This document shows positions 11,110 through 25,310 of a stretch of DNA of 53,865 nt, piece by piece. The notes beneath the pieces are model-generated. The model did no database searches, was not told where the DNA came from, and saw only the letters and a list, made by a program, of their open reading frames with translations. A program made the position numbers and the translations under genes. Position 1 is the first letter of the stretch. The number at the start of each line of letters is the position of its first letter. Source of the stretch: Stylophora pistillata (lineage: Eukaryota); contig NW_019218126.1 in assembly GCF_002571385.2 (NCBI RefSeq), positions 124,869 to 178,733 of the forward strand. The letters run 5' to 3'.

Positions 11110-14100
11110 TTAAGGTGTGTAAAACGGGCAGCATTTTGGTTCTGGAATCAGGACATTAATTCCATACAGATCCACCAAGTCCGACAGAAAACGGCGATCT
11201 CCCTTTGGATCAAGCCCTATGTTTCGGATCATGTCTGGTGTTAAAACTCTGTCTTGAGTAGAAGCTACCTCGAAAAGCGTCTGGAAAAGTGAATTGTTTA
11301 AATTCACAAAGAACCTAAGTGCAAAGACACAGGCAGTTAAATTATTCAGTAGAAGAATTAATTTTTCCTATTTAAAGGGAACTAAGAATCCATTTAAATT
11401 GAAATTGGTGTGGCACCCAACATACGTCTTCATAATGAGAGGGCATGGGTTCTATTATCGTGAAAGCCTGATGTATTTTCAAGGCTTCAGTTTGTTAATC
11501 GTAATTATCTACGGGTCAGCCTTTAATCTATTCGTCAAATGGCCCTTACAACCCCGCTCAAGTCATTCTGTTGGTGGAAACCCATAAAAGCTGACGCATA
11601 TGGGGCCTGACGAGTAGGCCTGTCTCGATTGTGCTGGGCAACTACTGAGCAAATCTTTGTAGTTCTAGAAACCTCGAGCAATTTTTGCCCTTCTGAGCAA
11701 TTTTTGAACAACATTTAGGTTTAGACCACACATCAAGCACGATAAAGTCAATGATTTCATAAAAAAAAAACTTCGCCTTAGGCAAATTTCTTGAATGTTT
11801 ACATAAAAATATCAAGAAACTTAGGAAGCAACCTTTAGGTGGCAATTTTTGGGAAATTTTTAGCAATTTCTAACATTCCAGGATTTTACGAGCACAATCG
11901 GGACAGGCCCTTTTTACGGTTTAATATCAACGAAATTAGCTTTTTGCAAGAAGAACCATCGTTAACTCGTATTGCAAACGTCTGTCGTCCACACTTACTA
12001 AAAAAATCATTTTCGCTTGCAAAGCGCGACAGGAAGCTGTCAGTCATAACTATAATCTGTTGTGAAATATTAAATCAACTTTGTTGTCCGCTGGTGTTTT
12101 ATGTGTTATCCGCCTTTTAAACCTCTAGTAAACTAGGGTAAAAAGTTTGTATTTTTTTCGAGAATATTTTGCATCCGTATACTGGCAGTATGGTTAATTG
12201 ATACTCCACACTCGTATTTTAAGAGGGGGGGGGGTCAAATCGCCGAGAGAGGTCTAAATCTGTTAGCAGGCCATATCTTAAAAAGCCTGCTGGCCCCTTC
12301 ACTCGCATAGCTCTGTAGCAAAACGTAAAACACTCATGAAAAATCAAGTCGCGTTTTTCGATTAATTGTGGGTTTCCTTCCAAAAACAAAAGCATTTAAC
12401 AGAACTTTCATTTCAGCTGATTTCAGGCTCTGATCATCAAGTACACTGTCACCAATCACCAAAATACAAACAAGGGAGAACCTTCTAGTACAACAAGGTA
12501 CAATTTTACTTACCTGGTATACATTTTTTCATCATCTGTTACTTCACCTCCCGTGTACAGCTGCTGTTGCCTTGACATGTACAAGTAGAAAAAAAAAAAA
12601 GACTTTTAGTTCCTCTTGAACTTCTCTAAGTTCAAAATAAAACAGACTGGCCATTAATGCCTTGCATAAAAAATAAATAAATCAGTAAAAAAGGCCACTG
12701 CTATTCCATCACAACGGAGCTAAAACTGGTTAAACAGAAGAGAAACCAGAAGTAGTCCGAATGGGTAAATAAGCAAGTCACTTAGAATTACTAGAAAACA
12801 TTTCCAAGTAAATAATGTTTCTCTTTTAGTACAGAAACATAATTAAATATTTGTCTATGGACGTTATTAAATGTGAGAAGCAAACAGTTTTCCGAGAGTG
12901 AAGCTTAAGAAAAACTGTAAGCTTCCACCTTTACTGCGTGAGATATTGAGCGTTCGGCGTCCTTTCGGCTCTTCGTACAACCACACGAATAGCCACGTTC
13001 GTGTGTTAATCGAGTTCAGCTGCATAACCCTTTCCCTTATTGAACTAACTTTAAACAAAAATTTGAACACAGCATTTTCAGTTCGTGGAGTATCATTCGA
13101 TTTTCCCCAGTTTAAGCCATGGCATAATTTTTTATACGGACAGGTGACGCGTTTACACCAATTATGCGCATGCAAAAAATTTCGCTTAAGGCAAAGTGCA
13201 AGATTCAATTGAACCACATATCAGCTTGTTTATGCATGGTCACATACAGCACTCACCTGAAGGAGTCCAGTTCTTCTAACCTGTCTCTGTCTGCATTATT
13301 AAAGTTTGCAATCCAACTCAAGTGTGGTTTACACTTGATATTCTGGTTATCAACATACACATCATACACTTGTAACTTGCTCTCAAATATCTTTTCTGTA
13401 GTACCTGACAAGCAACAAAAGATTGATTTTAAGGTGACTAAATTTAGCAATATCAAACTAGCCTAACCAAGCAATAAGTGGTGTGGTGGCTCACTTGTTC
13501 AATCTTTCAAACATCTAAAGATAGCTTTCCTAAAGATTATTCTCAACTTGTAATACTGCTACCCTGAAAAACCTACCCAACTCAGGCAAAAATTCACTGT
13601 TCAATAAAGGCAGTATAAACCAGCCTGAAGGGCCCAGTTGCTCGAAGGCCAATCAGTGCTAACCCAGGGTTAAATTTCAGTCTGAGTTTCTTTAATACTT
13701 TGTTCAAAAACCTTATTGGGATAATAATAAGCATTCAATCATCAAATTGTTTACAAAAAGAATTATACTAACTTTTCTTTTAAAGCTTTCAGAATCTAAA
13801 TCAGATTTCACACCAACCCAGGGTTAGCTTAACCAGCTTTGAACAACCCGGCCCAGTGGTTATGGGTCTTTGATTATAAATCAAGAGATCCCAGGTTCAA
13901 ATCTTCACCTCTGCGTCTCAACAGGATTCATTTCTCAGTAATTCTGAGTTCAATTTCACCATTGGTCTTTGTAAGCAGCAAGCTGGCTTATACCAACCAG
14001 TTGTGCTGTTCAAAAATTTATGTTCTACTTAATTAGTGTATGCATCAATAGCGTTCTCATTGAAAACAGGTATGCACAATATATGGAAGACCTAGATAAC

Positions 14101-14996
14101 ATCTCCATTTAGACCACTATTACTTTATAGGATGTATCCCATTCCCGATGTAAAACTAAGTAGAACTGAAATAGTATTCCGAAGTCTTGTACCGATAATT
14201 AAAATTCTATGAGAGTACACAGGTGTATTAGGAAGAGAAAAAAAAATATTAATTAGGTTTATGATTTCTGACAAAATGAAACTTACATGCAATGTATTTG
14301 TGTTCTTCATGCAGTGCACTCAAGTCACAAACATTTGTAAAAAACAGTGGGTTGCTTCCAGTTTCAAAACCAAATGGAATCCCATGGCTTGCCAACAAAC
14401 AAGCACAGTAAACTGTCAGGTAAAGAATTTTGTTTATCAAATGATTTGAATGTAACAATGGGTAATAATTGTTAGGCCCGTTTAAAATCCCTGCAAGTAT
14501 GCTGTAATATAAGCAGCTACTATGAATATCACATTGCAAAGTGCCAGTAACAATAGCAATAAGTTTCTGGTAGATGATGGACTGGCTCTTGTCATATAAT
14601 GAACCAGGGCAGTGCTGATGTGATTGAGAGATTCCAGTATGACATTGAATCATCTCAAGAGTGGAAAGCATTTTTCCTGCAAGAAACAGTGTGGTCTAAC
14701 AATGAATCTCTCCGTCCTCTTGCCATCCTCAACTCCAGTTGGTCACCTTTATCAGTCCATCACCCTACTGAGAATCTTATAGCCTTGATATCTTGGATCA
14801 AGGCTTCCAGCTGGTTTAAGATCATTATATACAATTGTATTTAACTGTAATTTACCACAGCCAAAGGGAATAATTTATTTCTGAATAATCCCTGAGGAAG
14901 TGGAGGGGATTACTTTCTACTAATTCATATGTTGAATAGGATACACTCTTTTTGTTAGGCACATTGAGATTAGAAATGCGCCCTATAAGCATCTAT

Positions 14997-15027
<31 letters not shown>

Positions 15028-18000
15028 TATTATTATTATTATTATTATTACCTCTGTAGCAAGCCACCCCAACAGGAGGAGGTGAAAAGAATAAAATACG
15101 TTTCTGCAGTAAAACAAATTTCCAGAGAACAAAAATTTGCTCCCCAAAGAACTTGATAAACTGAGGGAAACACCCAGCTGGATGTGTGATCTGTTGACAA
15201 AAACAAAGCATAAAAGGATTCATTAAATTCAGACAACAATCTAAAGTTGATGTTGAAGATGATGTAGTTGGGTATGTTGCAATATAAGTTACTGCATATG
15301 GTACTGTGCAAAATTATTAAGCTCAAAATTTAGCAAAATTGCTGAACTTCTGGGCTTTTCATCATAAAAGGATGAAATTTAGTTCACCTCAACAATTTAA
15401 AGAAAATCTGGCAAACTTCCAAGATGCCAATTGTTTCAGCTGACCTAAAACTCTTTAGAAGACAATTTAATGCCTCAAAAATTTCCACAAGAAATTAGTT
15501 TGAAGAAAGTTTTTTCCTTCAAATTTTCAAGCAAATATTCTCTCTGACAGTTTGCTCGATGAAAGTAAATTCTTCTTTGTCATGTGTTCAGCAAGAAAAT
15601 AAATTATTACACGACTCGGGCAGTCAGAGGGCCAATAACTAAAGTCAACCAATCAAAATGCTCTATTGCCGGTCAATATTCTCTCAGTATTGGGCCGGGC
15701 ACTGTCCCACATGGTCCCGAATGATACCGCACTTGTGTCCCTTTGAACTTCAGTCGTATAATTAATCTCTTATCAACCAAGCTTGCTTGGGACCATACTT
15801 GAAGAATATCGGCCCTCGTTTTTTTTTGTACGGACCTCAGGCCGATATTCTCCCAGTACGACCCTCGCGCTTGGTTAATAAGATATATATATTGCATGAT
15901 CTTGATTTTTTTCATGGAAAAATTTTAGAATCTTGATATCCACCTTGGTCTTTGTTTTCTCAGATGAGGAATTATTTCAAGGTTTTAAGCCATTCCAGGG
16001 GTAATTTGCTAAGTTCATTATATCAAAATATAGTGACACAACTCCTTCACAAAATTAAAATTTGGAAAAATTGTTTTAGGAATACCTGTAACACTGGTAT
16101 CTCCTCCAGTCCAGGAACCCTCTCAAGAGTTGGAGATGGAAAGTAATTATTTCTAAGCACACAGTTCTTATACCTATTGTAATAATTTTCAAGATCCTCA
16201 TAATGTCCAGGGTTTTCAAGCTGCCTCCTGGAAAATATTACATTTAATGAATACCATGAAAAGTGCTTTGATACATTTAAAATGAAAATTACAGTGGTGT
16301 AAAAATTAAAAATTTAAGGTATTCCTTCTTTAAACCAGTTAAATTTTGATTTCCCATTAACTAACAATCTTCAACAACAAGCTGAAACAAAGGAAAATCA
16401 AAATTAAATAAGGATAGGATTAAAAAGGATAAGGATTAAAAAAGGATAAAAAGGATAAGGATTAAAAAAGGATAAAATTTGAAGCACAACATTTTACAAT
16501 ATCTCTTAAAAAGAAAAATCTAATAAATTTATAATGAAAGATATTTCATTAATTTAAACATAGAAACAATCTACAGTACATAAAAATGCAGCTTTAGATA
16601 AAATAAATGATAACTAGAAACAAGCACGTCGCAAGGTTTTCAATTTTGCAAATGCATTTAATCCCATCTCCTATCTCTAAACCCACTTGCAGTTTTGTTA
16701 ACACACTAATTCCCAAGATCTCATCAGTAATTCTCCATACTGACTATCCCATATAATAATAATAATAATAATAAAGGTCTTTATTAAGAATTATTGTGCA
16801 AACAGACATGCAACAATTAACATGAATAGAATGAGTAAAGAAAAGGAAAAGGTATTAATTACTATTGAAAAGACATCTATTAATATAAAACTGATTTAAA
16901 ACAGCTTGTCTGAACCTTAGGTAAAATGTAATTATGCGACCTCCTTCTCAACTGCCGTGTTCTCTGGGGTGGTAAGAGATCGCTAAACACAGTGTTGATG
17001 GAAGAGATCCTTTGCCATAATTTCTTATCTCTATTACGATGGATATCTAAGATACTGTGCTGCTTTAAGCAGTAACCCAGCTTATAACACCTGGAAAAGA
17101 GCTTATCAATTCTACTTAAATATCTACAGTAACTATAAAAAGCGCACCCCCAGACCTCAATAGCATAATTAGGTAAAAACTGAAAGAATCAAACTTTTAA
17201 AAAGTAAGTCCAAATTCTCAATAGAGTAGCCATAATATTTACATATTCTTAAAATATACAACCTACTGCTAGCCTTACTAAGTAAATAATCAAATATGAG
17301 TGTCCCAATTAACTGGCACTTGCTCAAAGGTAACACCCAATAGTTTCAGTTATTCTCTCCTCCCTATGATCTTGAGTGGTTCAGGAGGCATCTTGGAAGT
17401 CTTCCTCATAAAAGAAGTTCTCATGTTTTCGTCAAGTTGACTTTCATGCAGTTCTTCTCAGACCATTCAATAAAGGATAGGACTTCCATTTCGGATTCAT
17501 CTAAGCCTACATTTGCCTCGATTGGTATAAACTAATAGTTATATCATCAGCAAATTTAACAAGAAGATTTTCTTATTAGTGTTAACAGCTTTGATATCAT
17601 TAATAAAAATAGAAAATAAAACCAGCCCCAGGACTGTAACTTGAGGAACACCCTATTTATAGAATATAATTCTTATGATGTAAGTTTGAAGAATTTGAAT
17701 TGGATTGACTAATAATCCCTTTATTCTCATCAATTGCTCGCTTGATTTTGTATTGATATTGTAAGGAGAAATTCTGTCCTGGTCACTCGTGGGAATGAAA
17801 GAGTTGAAAAAGAGACAAAAAAAAAAAAACAAGGTTACCTTACTTCCTCTTCAAGGAATGACATGTGTTCATGAAGAGATGTGTACTTGGAACAAAGAAT
17901 CCCTACTGATTTCATTCTAGCTCCTCTCTCGGCCACATTATCAACAGCCATACGCTCAAAACAACTCAACCCATAAAGACCATCTTTGGTTTTGAAGTAT

Positions 18001-20848
18001 CTGGTAGAGGAAAAAGATAGTTTGCCTTAAAAAGTTAAAAAAAAATGTTGGCATGTGGACCTAAGTATAAGGACTAGCTGATAAAATGATATTTTGATGA
18101 GTCCAAACCAAGAGATTCTCTATTGAGTCACGTTCAACAGCAGAATCTCTATGTTAGTGTTCCTGCATAGAAACAGTAAGTTAAAGTCAAGACTAAAATA
18201 TTAAAAAGAAGATCAATTAAACATCCACGGGTAATTCTATATTTTGATTTTTGAGACTTAAGTGTCTTCACAAGATTATTGTTTTGAAGAGATTGGAGGA
18301 TTCCCTTAGATTAACAAACTATTTGACCTACCGTATTTATTTGCCTATAAGCCAATCATGGCCATAAGCCGAGACCCTAAAAGTTTAAAAGCCATTGGAT
18401 TCGAATGAAAAATAAACCAAAAACACTCCGCTATAAGGTGAGACCAAAACTTTTGTTGAAATGTTGTAAAGCAGTTCACCACCCTTGTTAAGTGAGACAA
18501 ATAAACATAACCGTAGATTGTAATCAAACAAAAGTTAGAATTGTCTCTCTCCTGCGAAACACTTGCACCCAGCTGTAAAGGAGTTTATGAATAGAGGTAT
18601 TGGTTAAATCCCATTTAGATTTCAAAGGTAATCTATCATCACGCCAAAAGCTCATTATTCTTTGTACAACTTAGCCTTTAAATTAAAAGTTTTTGCTGAG
18701 GCAGAGGCCGTTGAGAAAAACTCTGAGATCGCCAAAGAATACTCAGCGATCCACAGTGAAATGGACTTGGGCAGAACTTCCAGAGGAGGTGGTGGAGAAA
18801 TCATTTAAAACATGCAGGATATGGAACACACTCAACGGTACAGAAGATGAAAGCATCTACACGGATGAAATGCCTGAACTTAAGCCACCGATGAGATGGC
18901 CTTGAGACCAACAGCAAAAAAGAAGACAACTAAACACTTCATTCTTGAAGTTATAATTAAACAAAACGGCCCTTTTAGGACCCACTACCTAAATAAAAGT
19001 AATTGACCAAAAAGAATTTTGCAGAAGACTAGTAATTTGTGTTTGTTGATGATAGTGTGGCTTGTAGCAGAATATACATTTGATTTATGGTTATTCTCCC
19101 ATAGGATTTTTTTTTTGTAGAAATACTCAGCTATAAGCCAAGCCCCCTGTCTTGTTAAAGTTTAACTAGTTCGCAGTTTCTTTTTCAGCAAAAATTGTTT
19201 GGCTAAGTAAACCCATTCTGAACACCACCTACTGATCAAACTCTGATAACTCTAATTCGAAACTACTCACTGACCCAGACGGACTGCCTGAACACTTGTC
19301 CAACTGAATGACTTACAAGCACATTTTCATCTTTTACGCAATGAAGCAAGAAATATTGCAAGTTGTGTCGTATGCTTACCAGTATTTCTCTTCAGATGAA
19401 AGCAAGGGAAGGAGGCACATGATGTTGGAACATACAGAGAATACTATGGATCTTTCTCTCTTGTACTTACATGAAGTCTTTTGTGATTGTATGTGAGCCA
19501 CTGGCCAAAGCTTTAAATTCCACACCAGTTAAATCCACTGATCTAGGATGCTTCCATTCAATTTCATTTCCTGAGTAAAATATGTATGTTTTATCTGACT
19601 CCAGTAACAAACTCAACATACTTTTAATTGTGGATTAAAATTTCAAATACAACCATGCACCACAAGGAAAGGGGGGCACCTATGGTTCTAACTGTTGAGA
19701 ATTCCAATTTTTTTGATGAAGGTAGGAAATTAAATGTAAACATTTTTCAAAGTCTTAGAGGTTCACGCTATGTTTTGGCCAGCTTTTTTTGCAGTATAAA
19801 ATGAAATTACAAGTGTTTTGAACCATGAAATAAGAACAGAGATGAAGGCTGTTAGAAAGAACAAGGCTTTGGAATAAAATGCTCTCAAATATCATTTCAA
19901 AAATTTAATGGAGAAATAGTGAAAAACTCAATAGCAGAGGAGAAAAGAACTAGCCTCAGTTGTTCCAAGGGTGGATAATACTACCTATTCACTGGATAAA
20001 TTGCTACCTGGTGTATAGAGCAGTACTGTTTAGTAATTCTTATCTGCTGTAGAGCGATTTCTCCATTCGATAGCGTTACCTGCCCCTGAAGAACTGGGCC
20101 AGAGCTCTCGTGTCATTCTTAATTACTTACATGTCGAAGTATACCCGTGCTAAAAGAAGTGAAAACCAAATTGAAATGGCAACCACTTTACACCTAAAGC
20201 TCTTAAGCAAAATAAAGTGTAAAAACCTTTTGATTGGATATTACTCTTGGTCATGGAAAGGGGAAAAGAAATGTGAACTCATCAAAAAAGTAACTGCTTG
20301 GAATTTACCCCAGGTTTAAAATAAAAAAAAAATGTGAAAATAATATATACTGTGTCAAGGGGCTTAAACCAGATCACGTATAAATGTAGTTGAGATGCTT
20401 CCTTGATAATTCAACAGGAAGGGTGAAAATTGAAAAAAGAAAGTGAAATGTGAATTGACTGGAAAATAAATAGATGTGTGTTTTCCCCACCAACCAACAT
20501 TAAAGATAATATGCAATTACAGGTTACAGTGTTATGTTCAACGTCTGCCTTATCATTTTGGAGATCCCACAAATAGAAAAGTTATGAATACTGAAAGAAA
20601 ACAACAAACTCGAGAGTGTTACCTCGTCTTGTATCAAAGTGCACGACGTAAACAGCGATTATCAACTCTGGAACAGTTCTTTCCTGTTCGTTTGAGGCCC
20701 TTTCAGAGGAAAGAAGGAAGGAAAAATTCCCACCAGACGTTGTGTGTTCATCTCCTGGGGGGAAAGATGAAAGTTCGCTTCTTGGGTCGTACGAAACATC
20801 GGGCACTTCCTCAAAATCAACAAGTACTCCTTCGTCTCCATCCGCCAT
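11110..20848 (-). CDS. DENND11: DENN domain protein 11 (LCHN/KIAA1147); exons 20623-20848, 19471-19570, 17839-18000, 16086-16227, 15052-15190, 14287-14412, 13257-13404, 12514-12570, 11110-11314
   Basis: Motifs [84 protein letters not shown]; all introns GT-AG with consistent phases. Confidence 0.92.
11615..11911. mobile_element. MITE
   Basis: TIRs AGGCCTGTCTCGATTGTGCT / AGCACAATCGGGACAGGCCC; no clear TSD. Confidence 0.7.
13631..13853. mobile_element. MITE, followed by a degenerate tRNA-derived SINE (~13853-14040)
   Basis: Ends GGGCCCAGTTGCTCGAAGG / GCTTTGAACAACCCGGCCC with internal AACCCAGGGTT palindromes; B-box-like GGTTCAAATCT follows. Confidence 0.6.
14995..15050. repeat. (ATT)n microsatellite abutting the DENND11 exon 5 donor
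   Basis: Direct reading. Confidence 0.9.
16751..17665 (-). mobile_element. Degenerate LINE reverse transcriptase fragment nested inside a MITE
   Basis: Minus-strand GVPQx[13 protein letters not shown] and VKFADDIT motifs with frameshifts; (TAA)n tail at left end; ATATAAT at both junctions. Confidence 0.75.
18329..19145 (+). mobile_element. Degenerate pogo/Tigger-like DNA transposon remnant
   Basis: TA-CCGTATTT terminus, repeated ATAAGCC motifs; ORF remnant [31 protein letters not shown] resembles a pogo transposase C-terminus. Confidence 0.55.
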
Positions 20849-21111
20849 AACTGAACATCTCCTTACTAGAGTAGGGTAAGTAGATGATGGCTCATGACGT
20901 GACTTCTGCTCTCACCGGAGCCTGTGGACTAGTTTCGGATGAATTCGATTTTAAAAATTTCATGATTTCTTCGTTCAGTCAGTTTTAAGAATTCTAGTCC
21001 ATTCCGTTCAGTAACCATTCAGTGTACATTAAACGCTTGTTTTATATATCAATTCACCGTCGAAAGAAAAGCAAAGGTATTTCGACTGTTATCAGGATCA
21101 AGATTATTGAA
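20849..21111. promoter_or_regulatory. Putative bidirectional promoter DENND11/SCLY
   Basis: Only 263 bp between divergent ATGs; contains a TGACGTG (CRE/UPRE-like) motif at ~20895. Confidence 0.65.
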
Positions 21112-24100
21112 ATGGACGTGAATGAGGAAAATGGAGTCGAGGAAAGCTCGTCTAAAATATATTTGGACTACAATGCCACAACTCCACTGGAACCATCTGT
21201 CCTGACAGCAATCCATAATGCTTTACGAGATGCTTGGGGAAATCCCAGTAGCTCTTATGCAGCAGGAAAGAAAGCAAGTCACGTGATCAAAGAAGCCCGT
21301 CTCTCAGTGGCTAACATGATTGGTGCATTGGAAAGTGACGTCATTTTCACATCAGGAGGTACTGAGGCCAACAACATGGTGATCCATTCAACACTGGAAT
21401 ACTTCTATGAGTTTCATAAAGAAAGGGGAAACCATATTTCTGATTTGAAACCCCATGTGATTACATCAAATCTTGAACATGATTCTATCCAGCTCCCTCT
21501 CCAGAATCTTGTAAAGCAAGGCAAGATAGAAGTGACATTTGTCCCAGCCTCTCAAGACTCTGGTGTAGTGACAGCAGAGGCAATATTGAACGAAGTTAGA
21601 CCAAGCACCTGTTTGGTGACTGTCATGATGGCAAATAATGAAACAGGGGTAATTCAGGTAACATTATCAATTTTATTTAGGATCTTTAAGTCATTGGAAG
21701 ATCCTGATTCAAGAAGTCAATAAAAGAAGCCTTGAGGCCAGAAGACCAACAATAACCAACAAAAATATTTTTCCACCGCAGCCTACAGGTTTATATGGCC
21801 ATGAAAAATGGAAAACAAACAAACAACTGAATACTTAATTGACCACTCCTTTAATTAATGGGGCTCTTAAGGGCCAAGGTGAAAATTATTTAACAATTAT
21901 TCCTATTTTTTTCTTTATTCTCACCACTTGTCTGCTATATATTGTATTGATATTGTAAGGAGAAATTCTGTCTGATACTCATGTTAGTTAAATGGTTAAG
22001 GTTCCTTTGAGCAGGAACTACCAGGGGTCAAAGTAATTCGCACAAATGTATCTGATTTAGGAATGACATCTTTTATTTTTCAGCCAATTGAAAACATTTC
22101 CAAGGCTATAAAGGGGTTAATGAAGAGTCGTCTATCTCAGGAAATGCCTAGGGTTCTTGTCCATACTGATGCAGCACAAGCCATTGGTAAAATTAAAGTG
22201 GATGTGAATGACCTGGGAGTGGAGTTCCTCACGGTAGTGGGACACAAGTTCTATGGACCTCGAATTGGTACAAAATTAGAAGTAATGGGATGAATAGATT
22301 AAAGCCCTTAAGTGACTTTTGCTACAGTACCATCAAATTCTCCTTTTATTCCACAAGGGGGGGATATGACAAACTTTTAAGGGAGAACCTTACAGTCTAT
22401 CAGAGTCACATAGGGCTTTTCAGCTGTTTTGAGCAAGATCATCTGAAAAATGTGCATGTGACAATCTCAAAAGGTAATCTGGGTATCTGGTAATTATGGA
22501 AATAAATTTCTTAAATCTGCAACACTTTGTCCTCATAGTGAAGAGTTCTCAGATTTCCTTGAAATCATGAGGTCAAGGAACTGCAACCCAAAAGACTACC
22601 CACAATACCTTTCAGGGTTGTTACATGCAATTGTTTATGCTTTTTTCTCCAACAGCCTTTCTCAAAACAGCTATATACCAGTTAGTATATTAGTTTTTTT
22701 GTAAAGAAATTTAAAATTGTTGAGGTTATGTACTACATACTGTGCTCTTAAAAACAGGGCATGACTAGTTAAATTGACTAAAACGCCTCCACAGGCATTG
22801 TTTGGTTTATTACAGTATCTCTCTCCCTTACTGGTGAGAGAGCATGTGACTAAACGATGGCTGCCAAGGGTACTACACAGTGCTATATTGACAGAAAATT
22901 TCCCTATTTTTCTACCTGAAAAGTTCAGTTGATATTCTCTATCCTCCATCTAGTGACTTTTGTAAAACGTTACTTAAATGAAATATTAAATTTCATGTGA
23001 AATAATATCTTATTGTAGTTAATTGGGAAAAAAAAACCTTCCTGAAAAAACCTGTTGGCAACAGTTGCCTGACTCTTAGGTGACAGCCAGTAGTCAGTCG
23101 CCCTATTTCAAAAAATAGCTCTGCATAGCAAAATTAAAAACTTGTTATTTTTTCCAATCAGGAGCCCTTTATGTTAGAAATCCAGTGAGAGACACCCCTA
23201 TACACCCCATGTTTTTCGGTGGAGGACAAGAAAGGAATTTTAGACCAGGAACAGAAAACACGGGCATGATTGCTGGATTAGGGCAGGCCTCTCAGCTGGT
23301 GGTGGAAAACCTGGACCAGTATCACGAAAACATGAAATTGGTTGGTATTACTACGTGTATGAAGTGTAATCTAGTACTACATTATCCAAAAACATCAAGG
23401 CTACTGAAACATTTTGGTATTCACAGGGTGGGCATTTAACCAAATAATGAGTAGCTGTGGGCCAGGCTCCTTTACTTGATAAGTCCGTAGTCATCATATC
23501 TCTACAACCAAATGGATTTTTTCAACTGTGAACCATTCAGTAAATTCATTGGCATGAAAATCAGAACACCTACAACATTTGCACCCCTGCTAACACATTT
23601 TGCAAAATTAATATAGATACTTTTTTTTTCATCGGTGAGAGTGAATGGTGCCAACTGATTGTTGTGTCAAAGTTGAGTTAAACCCTTTCACTCCTGAGAT
23701 CTAATTAGTAATTTTCCCTACTGTCTGCTATACAATTCTTATGATGTTAGTTTAGAGAATTTGGTATTGGGTCAACTAATAATCCCCTATTTGATATTTC
23801 TCTTTATTCTCATATTTTGTCTGCTTGATATCATGATGATAATGTAAGGAGAAATTCTGTCTTGGTCACTCATGGGAGGCAAAGGGTTTTAAGCAATTTT
23901 AAGGGCCATGAGAGAAAATAACACAAAAACATTAAACCTGCTTCATATACCAATTTTGATCTGGTGCCCTAACCAAAATGGGTATCATTTTCCCCAGATT
24001 TTTTATGACTGTGTGTCTTGTTTACATTTTGTGAGTGGCTGTTTGATTTGCACAGTTCACGTAGTTCACCACCCCCNNNNNNNNNNNNNNNNNNNNNNNN

Positions 24101-25064
24101 NNNNNNNNNNNNNNNNNNNNNNNNNNNNNNNNNNNNNNNNNNNNNNNNNNNNNNNNNNNNNNNNNNNNNNNNNNNNNNNNNNNNNNNNNNNNNNNNNNNN
24201 NNNNNNNNNNNNNNNNNNNNNNNNNNNNNNNNNNNNNNNNNNNNNNNNNNNNNNNNNNNNNNNNNNNNNNNNNNNNNNNNNNNNNNNNNNNNNNNNNNNN
24301 NNNNNNNNNNNNNNNNNNNNNNNNNNNNNNNNNNNNNNNNNNNNNNNNNNNNNNNNNNNNNNNNNNNNNNNNNNNNNNNNNNNNNNNNNNNNNNNNNNNN
24401 NNNNNNNNNNNNNNNNNNNNNNNNNNNNNNNNNNNNNNNNNNNNNNNNNNNNNNNNNNNNNNNNNNNNNNNNNNNNNNNNNNNNNNNNNNNNNNNNNNNN
24501 NNNNNNNNNNNNNNNNNNNNNNNNNNNNNNNNNNNNNNNNNNNNNNNNNNNNNNNNNNNNNNNNNNNNGGGTTGGGTGGGTATTTAGGGTGTAGAAACCT
24601 AGTAGGGGACTTAGAGTCCTATTGTTTCTACACCTACCTTACGGTAAATCTCTAAATCAATTCAAATCAAAGTTCACAGGGATATCTTCGTTACTCTTTT
24701 GTTTCAGATAAGAGATTATCTAGAGGTCAGACTGGAGGAGATCTTTGAGGACAAAATTCAGTTCAATGGAAAATTTGAGACAAGTGACCGAATACCCAAC
24801 ACATGCAATGTATCATTTATTGGTGTTGGACTAGAAGGAAGAAAAATCTTGGCTACTGTTAAAAGATTCCAAGCAAGTGTGGGTGCTGCATGTCACTCAG
24901 ATGTAGGTTCACGACCTTCTCCAATCTTAATTGCCATTGGAGTTCCTCCCAACATTGCTATGAATGCTCTGCGGCTGAGTGTAGGACGAGACACAACCAA
25001 GGAAGATATTGATGTGGTGGTGGAAGACCTGAAGGTCGCTATTGAATGTCTAAGGCACAAATAG
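21112..25064 (+). CDS. SCLY: Selenocysteine lyase; exons 21112-21657, 22084-22267, 23162-23340, 24708-25064
   Basis: [24 protein letters not shown] (SCLY-type Asp), HTDAAQ, PLP lysine [27 protein letters not shown], catalytic SVGAACHS. Confidence 0.93.
24077..24568. other. Assembly gap (N) in SCLY intron 3
   Basis: N run flanked by C/G tracts. Confidence 1.
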
Positions 25065-25310
25065 ATTATAAAAAAACTACCTGTGTCATTTATAAACTCC
25101 ATTCTGAAAATGGCTGGTAATATTCTCAAATGGCTACACCTGTGTGCCATTATCATTTTAACAAATAGATTCCATTTTGTTTTCCATCTGTTCAATGATT
25201 GATCTCAGAGGAGGTCCAAAACGTGAAAATCAAAATGTGGCACAGTGGTGCAGCCACTTGTATCACTGATGTGTGTTGCTAACTATTTAATTAGTTCTTA
25301 GTAATCAAGA

